This document shows, one piece after another, positions 37,532 through 45,794 of a stretch of DNA of 53,572 nucleotides (positions are counted from its first letter, which is position 1; each line of letters starts with the position of its first letter). Source of the DNA: a virus (taxonomy: Duplodnaviria; Caudoviricetes); IMG/VR virus record IMGVR_UViG_3300028399_000009, positions 1 to 53,572 of that record. One strand, 5' to 3'. Made by a program: the position numbers and the translations under genes. The notes below the pieces were generated by a model. The model had not been told where the DNA came from. It did no database searches and was given only the letters and a program-made list of their open reading frames with translations.

Positions 37532-38389
37532 ATGATACTTATTGATGGTAATACCCTACTATTCAAAAACTTTCATCTTCACACAACTAAAAACATCTAT
37601 AATGTTAATAATCCTACATTAGTGGGTTTTCTAAGATCTATAAACAAATATAAAAAACTTTATAATGTTAAAAATGAAAATATTATAATAACATTTGATA
37701 AAGGTAAATCTAAATACAGGAAAAGATTATTAAAAACTTATAAACAACAAAGGGTAAAAGATAGGAAAAAGAATAATTTTAATTGGGATTTATATGTTAA
37801 ACATTTTAATGATATTATTAATGTTATTAAATATTTATATAAGATTATAATTATTAATAACTATGAAGGTGATGATATTATAGCATATTATACTATTAAT
37901 AATAATAATAATCATGATATTATAATTATTAGTAATGATAAAGATTTATTACAATTATTATATAATGATAATATTATATTTCATAATATATATAATAATA
38001 ATATTATAACATGTTATAATTATAAATATTATACAAATTATGATAATTATAATCATTATTTAATGTTTAAAATATTAAATGGTGATAAATCTGATAATAT
38101 TAATAAGATTAATAATAATAATGATATAAATATTATAATCAGAAAATATGATAATATAGATAATTATTTAAAATTTTTAAAAGATGTTAACATTAATGAA
38201 TATTATAAGGTTAAACTTAATAGAATGCTAATGGATTTATATTATTTTCAGAATAAATTTGGTAAATATTTAAGACAGAAAATCACAAAAGAAGAAAATA
38301 AATTTAAATATAACCCCCATGAGGCTATAAAAAATTATATGCAGGTAAATGGTGTAAAACATATTAACACTCTTGAGGAACTATTATAA
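37532..38389 (+). CDS. 5'-3' exonuclease / flap endonuclease (PolI N-terminal or T4 RNase H family)
   Basis: ILIDGN, FDKG.S.YRK, YKQQR, EGDDII, SNDKDLLQ, GDKSDNI. Confidence 0.92.
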   Translation: MILIDGNTLLFKNFHLHTTKNIYNVNNPTLVGFLRSINKYKKLYNVKNENIIITFDKGKSKYRKRLLKTYKQQRVKDRKKNNFNWDLYVKHFNDIINVIKYLYKIIIINNYEGDDIIAYYTINNNNNHDIIIISNDKDLLQLLYNDNIIFHNIYNNNIITCYNYKYYTNYDNYNHYLMFKILNGDKSDNINKINNNNDINIIIRKYDNIDNYLKFLKDVNINEYYKVKLNRMLMDLYYFQNKFGKYLRQKITKEENKFKYNPHEAIKNYMQVNGVKHINTLEELL

Positions 38390-38449
38390 GCTGTGCTTAT
38401 ACCTGCTATAAGAAAAACTTATTGACAAATTTGAACATGGTATTATAGT
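38385..38449 (+). promoter_or_regulatory. Promoter with triple-box operator (site B)
   Basis: TATAAG-ctgtg-CTTATA-cctgc-TATAAG-N9-TTGACA-N16-TATAGT. Confidence 0.8.
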
Positions 38450-38479
38450 GTTATGTAATGCTGTGGAGAAAGGAGGTGT

Positions 38480-38683
38480 GTGATGTTTGTAAAAATTGAT
38501 AAGTTAATTCTAAACCTTAATAATATTGTCAGTATGAAAATTGATCATGATAAAATTTATGTTAGAACAGTTAACTCTCCATATGAAGATTATGATTTGA
38601 TTGTAAAATTTAAAGATGAAGATGAACTGAAAAGTTTTGTAAATAGGCTTTTAAATGATTTTAACATCTATGTCTTTAAATAA
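38480..38683 (+). CDS. Small hypothetical protein (paralog family A-like)
   Basis: SD AAGGAGGTG; FVKIDKLILNLNNI. Confidence 0.6.
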   Translation: MMFVKIDKLILNLNNIVSMKIDHDKIYVRTVNSPYEDYDLIVKFKDEDELKSFVNRLLNDFNIYVFK

Positions 38684-38694
38684 TTTGAGGAGGT

Positions 38695-39327
38695 ATGATT
38701 ATGAAAGATATTAAAGAAAGATTAGTGGAACATTTTTATATTCAGGATAATCTTAATAGGTTTTTAGTAGGTGAGAATTGGAAAGAAGAAATACCATCAT
38801 ATAAAATTCTATCAGCTATTTTATCTGAAATAGGTGAACTTATAGATTCAACAGGATTTAAATGGTGGACTAAACAGGAAATAAATATGGATAACATAAA
38901 AGTTGAAATTGTTGATATATGGCATTTTCTCTTATCATGGTTTCTAAAGCATAATAAGGATGAGAAATGGGTTATAGAGGGTATAGTAGATAATATGATC
39001 AAAATGCATGAGGATACACTAATTTATAATGCTTACCTTGGTGTTAATAAGTTTGAGGTTCTTATAGATGATCTGATTGAGTTTATTTACTGGCTGAAAA
39101 AGGAAGATAAAAACTATATGTTTGAAGCCTTTGATTCTTTTTCCACAATAATAGCAGATATGGATATACCCCTTGATGAGTTTGATGAATTATATAGGAA
39201 AAAAGTTGAAATTAATAAACAGAGAAAAAAGAGAGGTTATGATAAAGACAGTAGTAAAAAATATGTTAATGGTAAGGAAGATAATGAACTTCTATTTAAA
39301 CAATTGAAACTTTTTAAGGAGGTGTAA
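38695..39327 (+). CDS. dut: Dimeric all-alpha dUTPase
   Basis: EIGELIDS..FKWW, KVEIVDIWHF, Y..K..IN..R...GY, NGKEDN. Confidence 0.9.
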   Translation: MIMKDIKERLVEHFYIQDNLNRFLVGENWKEEIPSYKILSAILSEIGELIDSTGFKWWTKQEINMDNIKVEIVDIWHFLLSWFLKHNKDEKWVIEGIVDNMIKMHEDTLIYNAYLGVNKFEVLIDDLIEFIYWLKKEDKNYMFEAFDSFSTIIADMDIPLDEFDELYRKKVEINKQRKKRGYDKDSSKKYVNGKEDNELLFKQLKLFKEV

Positions 39328-39328
39328 G

Positions 39329-39727
39329 ATGTCAAACAAGATTTACATGGTGTATTTTACAAGAGGAGAAATTGAGAGGATACTTACAAAGGCTAATATT
39401 GTATTGAACCCCAAAGGTGTTAAACTTAAGAAGGCTAATCTTATTAAACTGCTGATGGATTATGTTATTAATCACAACAAAGATGTTTTGCTCAGTTATG
39501 AGGAACTTAATGTTATACTTTCACAAGGTAGAGATGATAGACTTATTCTTCCCAGAATTGAACCATATAAATCACTAATAAGCAAACTTATTGAGATATA
39601 CAGACAGAAATATGGTGAATACTTTTTGATAGCCAACAGGAAGATTGGTTATACTAATGCTTTGAGAATTGCTGTTTATGAATTTCTGAAGCTTATAGGT
39701 GAGGAGGTAATAGATCATGGGGATTAA
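39329..39727 (+). CDS. Putative tandem ribbon-helix-helix DNA-binding protein
   Basis: Two strand-helix-helix units: KIYMVYF...KANLIKLLMDY and RLILPR...YTNALRIAVYEFL. Confidence 0.5.
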   Translation: MSNKIYMVYFTRGEIERILTKANIVLNPKGVKLKKANLIKLLMDYVINHNKDVLLSYEELNVILSQGRDDRLILPRIEPYKSLISKLIEIYRQKYGEYFLIANRKIGYTNALRIAVYEFLKLIGEEVIDHGD

Positions 39728-39938
39728 GGAAGATGAGCTTCTTTGTTTATCATGTGCAAGATGGAGAGATTGTGAATTCCATAAAACAAATTTGGGAGAG
39801 GTAGTAAGTAAAGATGATCTCAGGATATTCATAAGGTTAGTAGAGCAAGAATATAAATATGTTAAAAATTTTGTTTTATTTTCTGTTCATGATAATATAC
39901 ATTTATCTGCTGTTGAATGTGAAAGATGGAGATGGTAG
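39717..39938 (+). CDS. Small Cys4 protein (paralog family C)
   Basis: CLSC.RW.DC...ECERW. Confidence 0.6.
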   Translation: MGIKEDELLCLSCARWRDCEFHKTNLGEVVSKDDLRIFIRLVEQEYKYVKNFVLFSVHDNIHLSAVECERWRW

Positions 39939-39953
39939 TAAAGGAGGTTAATT

Positions 39954-40163
39954 ATGCTGGAAAATAATGCTAAAAATATTCTAATGGATATTCTTATAAT
40001 TATTTTGTTTATACTTTTTATATTTCTTACACCATTTGCCTTTTTCTGGAGTATAAATGTTCTGTTTGATTATCATATTGATTACAACATAAAAACAGGT
40101 TTAGCATTCTGGCTTTTATATTTAGTTATAAAGGGCATGATGAAGATGGAGGTTAAAATTTGA
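39954..40163 (+). CDS. Small membrane protein
   Basis: Two hydrophobic segments. Confidence 0.6.
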   Translation: MLENNAKNILMDILIIILFILFIFLTPFAFFWSINVLFDYHIDYNIKTGLAFWLLYLVIKGMMKMEVKI

Positions 40164-40702
40164 TTACAGCAATATTGTTAAGTTTATTTCTGGCAGGTGT
40201 AATTAATGTTGAACAATTTAAAACAGGACAAAAAATTGTTAATGCTATAAATAGTGTTAATTATGATGAAGCTGTTAATGATATTTGTTATGCCAATAAT
40301 GATCTGTGCAATATTGTAAGGGGTTATAAAAATGATTTTAGGAAATGGTATAAACAGATGCTCTTCAGTATTGCTTATGCTGAAAGTAAATTCAAATATA
40401 ATGAAGGTTTATATGATAAAGATGATATAGGTTATTTTCAAATTAATACTAAAATATGGACAAAAGAAAAAGCTAAAAAATATTTAAATTTTGATTATTA
40501 TGATGAAACTATACTTAAGTATGATATAAATTTACAGGCTAATATGGCTTTGAGGATACTGTTATATAATATTGCAGTTAAAATTAGACAACATGGCAGG
40601 CAAAAATCAATATATAAATATACCCTGTTGTATCATAAGCTAAACCATCATGTTATACCTGAAAGCTATAAAAATGATATTAAGAAAATATTGTGGAGGT
40701 AA
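40160..40702 (+). CDS. Lytic transglycosylase (SLT-like) with N-terminal signal/anchor
   Basis: IAYAESKF and DIGYFQIN motifs. Confidence 0.75.
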   Translation: MITAILLSLFLAGVINVEQFKTGQKIVNAINSVNYDEAVNDICYANNDLCNIVRGYKNDFRKWYKQMLFSIAYAESKFKYNEGLYDKDDIGYFQINTKIWTKEKAKKYLNFDYYDETILKYDINLQANMALRILLYNIAVKIRQHGRQKSIYKYTLLYHKLNHHVIPESYKNDIKKILWR

Positions 40703-40935
40703 TAAGTATGGCAATAACATTTCAGAAAGGTGAATATGAGTATAATATTGAAAAAAGAAAGGAAAATTGGTATCAAATATCTATTATAAAAAATCATTAT
40801 GTTTTATGTGTTTTTGATTATTTTATTAAAAATAATAAACCTAAAATAAAATGTTATCCACAGCAAGCAAAATTAATAAGTGAACATATAAGTTCTATAC
40901 AGAAATATATAGAATTTTTAGATGGAGGTAAATAA
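40693..40935 (+). CDS. Hypothetical protein
   Basis: Coupled ORF. Confidence 0.55.
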   Translation: MEVISMAITFQKGEYEYNIEKRKENWYQISIIKNHYVLCVFDYFIKNNKPKIKCYPQQAKLISEHISSIQKYIEFLDGGK

Positions 40936-41188
40936 AATGGATGATAAAATAATTATGACCTGCATGGGTTGTAAGTATTTTGTAATTATAAGAAATAATA
41001 GGGAGAAGTATATGTATTGTAAAAATGATAAAAGATGGCAAGATTTATATGGTTATTATAAGGATGGAGGTTTAATCTATCTTGTTGAATATAATTTCTT
41101 AGGTGCTAAAGAATATGAAAAAATAAAAGATAAGAAATTTGATGAAAATTGTAAGTATAAGGAGGTTATTAATAATGGGAGAAAGTAA
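40922..41188 (+). CDS. Small Cys-rich hypothetical protein
   Basis: CMGCKYF..YC..CKY. Confidence 0.55.
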   Translation: MEVNKMDDKIIMTCMGCKYFVIIRNNREKYMYCKNDKRWQDLYGYYKDGGLIYLVEYNFLGAKEYEKIKDKKFDENCKYKEVINNGRK

Positions 41189-41825
41189 TATTATAGTTTT
41201 GACAGGTTTTCTTTGTAATGGTAAAACATCTATGTTATATGCACTAAAAACAATATTATCATCAAGATTCCAGAATAAAAAGATAATTGTTGTTGATGAA
41301 CCTGTTAGATTTTTACTTGAGGATATAGAAGAATTTATGGATGATGTTATTATACCTAAAAGAGATTTTGATTTTTATCACAGACAGGCTTCATTTATGG
41401 CAACATCATTAGCACAATTTGAGATAATCAGAAGTTTTTTATTTAATAATAATTACATAGTTATTTGTGATAGATGTTTCATAGATCCTTTTGTATATAC
41501 TTATCTTAATTACCCTGATGATATATTTACTGAAAAGAGAGATAAACTGTTAAACTTGTTAGGCTTATATAATATTGAGCTGTCATTTGATTTCCAATTT
41601 TATTATCTGAAATTACCTGAAAATGATAATGTTTTACAGAAATGTTTTAATGATGACACAAGAAGAGCAACTGTAAATTTTGATGATGTTAGATCTAAAG
41701 AAGGGGAATTTTATAATAAATACTGTAAATTTGTGGAGAAGAAACTTGATAAATATACTCATCCTGCTGATAATAGTTATGTTGTTTATGAAATTGCTGA
41801 TGAAATTATAGAGAGGTTAAGCTAA
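41175..41825 (+). CDS. P-loop nucleoside/nucleotide kinase-like protein (AAA_28 / dNMP kinase)
   Basis: VLTGFLCNGKTS, EPVR, ICDRCFID; ATG 41175 behind AAGGAGG. Confidence 0.75.
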   Translation: MGESNIIVLTGFLCNGKTSMLYALKTILSSRFQNKKIIVVDEPVRFLLEDIEEFMDDVIIPKRDFDFYHRQASFMATSLAQFEIIRSFLFNNNYIVICDRCFIDPFVYTYLNYPDDIFTEKRDKLLNLLGLYNIELSFDFQFYYLKLPENDNVLQKCFNDDTRRATVNFDDVRSKEGEFYNKYCKFVEKKLDKYTHPADNSYVVYEIADEIIERLS

Positions 41826-41826
41826 T

Positions 41827-42039
41827 ATGGTTAATATTCTGGGTTATTTTGCTTTATTTTTACTTGTTATTGCTTATATATTACTACAATTTGATTATAT
41901 TATGTTTTTAATAATTAATATTTATGCCACATGTTGTTTTATAGTTTATTCATATTTGATAAAAAGCTATCCATTTTTATATGCTAATATTCTAATATTA
42001 CTAATCCTTATATTACAGCTATATAAGGTGAGCTTATAA
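41827..42039 (+). CDS. Three-TM small membrane protein
   Basis: Three hydrophobic helices in 70 aa. Confidence 0.6.
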   Translation: MVNILGYFALFLLVIAYILLQFDYIMFLIINIYATCCFIVYSYLIKSYPFLYANILILLILILQLYKVSL

Positions 42040-42086
42040 TGGGTATAAGAAAGATTTATTGACATTTGAGAATTAAGGATTATACT
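42022..42086 (+). promoter_or_regulatory. Promoter with triple-box operator (site C)
   Basis: TATAAG-gtgag-CTTATA-atggg-TATAAG-N9-TTGACA-N16-TATACT. Confidence 0.8.
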
Positions 42087-42117
42087 ATTGCAATAACATC
42101 AGGTAGGAGGTGCAGGT

Positions 42118-42897
42118 ATGAAGTATAAGGAGGAGAAGAAAGAGTATGAAATTAACATTAAACTTTTAAATGTTCATGATATTGTAATCCCACATATCCA
42201 GAGGGCACTTAGTAATAACCTTGTAAGTAAGCTCATGATGTCAATAGAAAAGGTAGGATTCATAACTCCAGTAGTGGTAGTAGAAAGTGATAATAAGGGT
42301 GAATATGAGGTAATAGATGGACAGCACAGACTTGAAGCATGTAAGCTGTTAGGATATACAAAAATACCTGCTGTAATAGTTCCAAGAGAGATAAAGCAGT
42401 ATATAATAACCCTTAATACAGAAAAGGCAAGTAATCTCAAAGATAAGGCTCATCAGGCATATGAGATTTATATGCAGGCTTATAACTTATTTGGTGATGA
42501 ATGGACAGAGGGAGATCTTGAACTGATGGTTGAACAGCCTTACTATCTCACAATAGGTTTCATAATAGAAAGATTTGAGGAAAGAAGGTTTAGTGGATTT
42601 GCATGGGAAAATGTATTAAAGAAAATTGATAATTTTTATGTTGTTAATCCTATAAAACAAACAGATAAACAGAGAGAAGAGAGAGCTAAATTACTGATAG
42701 AGGCTAATAAAGTTCTGAATGAGAAATTTAGTGAACTTGCAGTAGATAATCATTTCCTTAAGAATGAGATTGTTAATAAAGTCTGGCAGAGTATATATGG
42801 TAAAAGAGTTAGAACAATAGAAGATAATTATGAAATAGCACTAAGTAAGATAACCGAAGGCATTAGGAGTTTTAGTTTTGAGGAGGTAAGAGTGTGA
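42118..42897 (+). CDS. ParB/Srx N-terminal domain protein
   Basis: SIEKVGFITPVVV, YEVIDGQHRLEA. Confidence 0.88.
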   Translation: MKYKEEKKEYEINIKLLNVHDIVIPHIQRALSNNLVSKLMMSIEKVGFITPVVVVESDNKGEYEVIDGQHRLEACKLLGYTKIPAVIVPREIKQYIITLNTEKASNLKDKAHQAYEIYMQAYNLFGDEWTEGDLELMVEQPYYLTIGFIIERFEERRFSGFAWENVLKKIDNFYVVNPIKQTDKQREERAKLLIEANKVLNEKFSELAVDNHFLKNEIVNKVWQSIYGKRVRTIEDNYEIALSKITEGIRSFSFEEVRV

Positions 42898-43166
42898 AGT
42901 GTAGATGTGGTAATACATTTTTTGAAAAATATGAAAATGTAAAAATAAAAAGGGAATTTGTGAAAATTATTAATTTGGCTGATGTAAAAGAGGGTGAACA
43001 CTATGAAATGGATGCTTCCTTAATAGAAGAAGTATATACTGAAGAAATTTTTAGATGTATGAAGTGTAAAAATGAATATTTATATAAAAGTTATAAAAAA
43101 TATTTTGAACCTGATCCTTCAGGAAAAACTCTTTTTCAATTACCTGAATTAAAGGAGGATAAATGA
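42894..43166 (+). CDS. Zn-ribbon hypothetical protein
   Basis: CRCG...CMKC. Confidence 0.6.
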   Translation: MKCRCGNTFFEKYENVKIKREFVKIINLADVKEGEHYEMDASLIEEVYTEEIFRCMKCKNEYLYKSYKKYFEPDPSGKTLFQLPELKEDK

Positions 43167-43573
43167 TGAAGGAAATTAAGTTTAGAATATGGAATGGAAA
43201 AGAATGGTTACAAGATGATCATGAATTAGCTAAATATGTAATAGATAGGGAAGGAAAAGTATTTTTTATAACAAAATATAAATTTGAAGATGTTGTTTTA
43301 CCTTATGAAGATAAAGTTGAAATTAATCTTTATACAGGGATGAAAGACAATAAGGGACAAGACATTTATGAAGGAGACATTATAAAATTTGTTCCTGCAT
43401 TTTCTATAAGGGAAAAATATAACCTTTCTCATAAAGACATAATTGGTAAAGTGTATTGGTCTGCTGGAGCATTTAGAGTAAAAGCAGGGGATCTGGTTAT
43501 AGAATTGGCAGATTGTTTACATAAAAAAGTTATAGGGAATATTTATGAAAATCCTGAATTACTGGAGGTATAA
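43163..43573 (+). CDS. YopX family protein
   Basis: EIKFRIW, YTGMKDNKGQDIYEGDII, VIGNIYENPELL. Confidence 0.9.
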   Translation: MMKEIKFRIWNGKEWLQDDHELAKYVIDREGKVFFITKYKFEDVVLPYEDKVEINLYTGMKDNKGQDIYEGDIIKFVPAFSIREKYNLSHKDIIGKVYWSAGAFRVKAGDLVIELADCLHKKVIGNIYENPELLEV

Positions 43574-43576
43574 ATA

Positions 43577-43798
43577 ATGTTTCATATATGTTGTAATTGT
43601 AAGAAATTTAATAATTGTGAAATAAATAATATCCAACTTATATTTTTTGAAGATGAGTATAATTTAATAAACATAAATATGGAAAAAATAAATAAATTGA
43701 AGTTTATAAAAGATTATATTATTTTTGATTTTGGTGGGGGTATAAGTTTAGATATTGCTGATTGTGATAGATTTGAGGAGGTAAATAATGAAAATTAA
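43577..43798 (+). CDS. Small Cys4 protein (paralog family C)
   Basis: CCNC.KF.NC...DCDRF. Confidence 0.6.
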   Translation: MFHICCNCKKFNNCEINNIQLIFFEDEYNLININMEKINKLKFIKDYIIFDFGGGISLDIADCDRFEEVNNEN

Positions 43799-44522
43799 AC
43801 TTCTTCAATATTCTCCAATATCTATGGCTATAATTGGAGCAAGAGTTTGTTATGATAGTTTTGAAAATAGCGATAGTAAAGTAATAACAGAAAATAATGT
43901 TAATTATTATGAAAATATTGCTTTAAAAGAAATATATTCAAAAAATCTAAATAATTTTAAAGAAGAAAATGAATTTACAATTTTATATGATGAAATAATA
44001 GGTGAAAATGATAAAAAACTTATAGGAAGGTTAATTAATAGTGGGCATCATAGTATATTGGAACATATTTATTATACATTTTATATATCAGGCATATCAA
44101 GATTAAGCCATGTTCAACTTATTCGTCATAGAATAGCAAGTTATTCAGTTCAATCTACAAGGTATGTATTGAAAAAGATATTAAAAAATATAAAAACAAT
44201 AAAAGATGTTGATAAGTATTTTGTTTTTTCTCCTAATATACCTGTTGAATTCCAGAGGGAAGAAGCATATAAAAGGGTAATGGTTTTAAAACAGCTGAAG
44301 GATAATTATGGTAATGATGATCTAAAATATTTACTGCCTGAAAATCTTAAAACTGAACTTGTGATGAGTATGAATTGCAGGGAACTTAGACATTTTCTTA
44401 AACTTAGACTTGATAGGAGAGCACATTTTGAGATAAGAGAACTGGCTAAAAATATTTATAGTGTTTTACCTGATGATCATAAAAGGATTTTATTTTTTGA
44501 TATAAATGTAGAGGAGGTATAA
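43788..44522 (+). CDS. thyX: Flavin-dependent thymidylate synthase
   Basis: GHHSILEH, GISR, RHRIASYSVQSTRYV, NCRELRHF..LR...AHFEIR. Confidence 0.95.
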   Translation: MKIKLLQYSPISMAIIGARVCYDSFENSDSKVITENNVNYYENIALKEIYSKNLNNFKEENEFTILYDEIIGENDKKLIGRLINSGHHSILEHIYYTFYISGISRLSHVQLIRHRIASYSVQSTRYVLKKILKNIKTIKDVDKYFVFSPNIPVEFQREEAYKRVMVLKQLKDNYGNDDLKYLLPENLKTELVMSMNCRELRHFLKLRLDRRAHFEIRELAKNIYSVLPDDHKRILFFDINVEEV

Positions 44523-44525
44523 ATT

Positions 44526-44747
44526 ATGAATTGGAAACAAAAAATAAAATGTAAATTGGGGTTTCATTTTTGGTATAAATATAAAAAAGAAAAAGCTAAA
44601 ACAAATTTATTTTTTCCTAAATATTTTTATAGAGCTGTATATAAATGTTGGTATTGTGAAAAAATTAAGTATGATTATAGTATAACTTTATTTGTTCCTA
44701 AAAATCCTGATAAATTTAATTGGGAGGCTGATGAAGATGAAAATTGA
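44526..44747 (+). CDS. Small Zn-binding hypothetical protein
   Basis: CKLGFH...CWYC. Confidence 0.55.
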   Translation: MNWKQKIKCKLGFHFWYKYKKEKAKTNLFFPKYFYRAVYKCWYCEKIKYDYSITLFVPKNPDKFNWEADEDEN

Positions 44748-44988
44748 TTGGATTAAAGAATATGAAGAATATTTAAATATTGGTAAAAAATTAAATAAAA
44801 GGTATTTATATATACTTTTTAATCAACATGAAGGTGAATTTATAATATCATATAATCCTTTTTTAACATTTAAATATATTGTAGCAGGTATTATCAATCT
44901 AAAAAATGATAAGGAAATAATGTTTTATAATTTTAGTTTTGATAATGCTGATATTGTTTTTGATTATGAAGGAATAAATAATGAGTAG
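44737..44988 (+). CDS. Hypothetical protein
   Basis: ATG 44737 behind GGAGG. Confidence 0.5.
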   Translation: MKIDWIKEYEEYLNIGKKLNKRYLYILFNQHEGEFIISYNPFLTFKYIVAGIINLKNDKEIMFYNFSFDNADIVFDYEGINNE

Positions 44989-45409
44989 TAAATGGGATAA
45001 ATTTTTTATTGATACTGTTATTAATGTTGCTAAACTATCCACATGTTATAAATATCAGGTTGGCTGTCTGATTGTTAAGGATAAGAGGATTATTTCAATT
45101 GGTTATAATGGGACACCTTCAGGATGGGAGCACTGTATTAATAATAAAGATCTACATTCTAAATATGAGATACATGCTGAAATGAATGCTATTGGTTTTG
45201 CTGTTAGAAATGGTATATCAACAATAGGATCAGAAATGTATTTAACCCATTTACCATGTTTTAGCTGTGCAAAATTAATAGTAGCTTCAGGTATAACAAA
45301 AGTTATTTATATAGATGATTATGAAGATTGGACTGTAAAAGATAATACAATTAGCTTTTTAAATGTAAATAATGTGGAGGTGATTAAATATGAAAAAGTT
45401 GTATTTTAA
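44981..45409 (+). CDS. dCMP deaminase
   Basis: STC...VGC, GYNGTPSG, HAEMNA, PCFSC. Confidence 0.95.
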   Translation: MSSKWDKFFIDTVINVAKLSTCYKYQVGCLIVKDKRIISIGYNGTPSGWEHCINNKDLHSKYEIHAEMNAIGFAVRNGISTIGSEMYLTHLPCFSCAKLIVASGITKVIYIDDYEDWTVKDNTISFLNVNNVEVIKYEKVVF

Positions 45410-45773
45410 AGGGAAAAAGGATAATAAAAATAATGAAATAAGTAAATTTATACAAGATGTAAGATACTCTATAATGTATAAAACAATATATGATATACAT
45501 ATTCTAAGAGCAATACAGTTGTTAGTAACAGTTGAAATAAAAAAATATTATAATACATCATTAAATAAATCTGTTTTTGTAAGTATTCTTAATAACTATT
45601 TATTTAAATTTTTTGATAATGTTTATGTTTGTTTTGAAAAAGAAAAACATAGTGGAGAAATACATGTAGTAGTAAAATTTGAAGATACTTATATATGGGA
45701 AAATCCAAAAGAATATATTTTATTTACTTTTCCTGAAAATGATATTTCAAAATGGGAGCCTTATCCGATATGA
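45390..45773 (+). CDS. Hypothetical protein
   Basis: Coupled ORF. Confidence 0.55.
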   Translation: MKKLYFKGKKDNKNNEISKFIQDVRYSIMYKTIYDIHILRAIQLLVTVEIKKYYNTSLNKSVFVSILNNYLFKFFDNVYVCFEKEKHSGEIHVVVKFEDTYIWENPKEYILFTFPENDISKWEPYPI

Positions 45774-45794
45774 AGGAAAGGAGAAATTTAGGAA

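Noticed and set aside
42118-42897. Plasmid-prophage partition system or temperate lifestyle
   Set aside because: Only a ParB N-terminal domain; no ParA, integrase or CI-like repressor recognised.
38695-45409. Uracil- or hydroxymethyluracil-substituted DNA
   Set aside because: dUTPase, dCMP deaminase and a canonical ThyX together route nucleotides to ordinary dTTP; no dUMP hydroxymethylase recognised.
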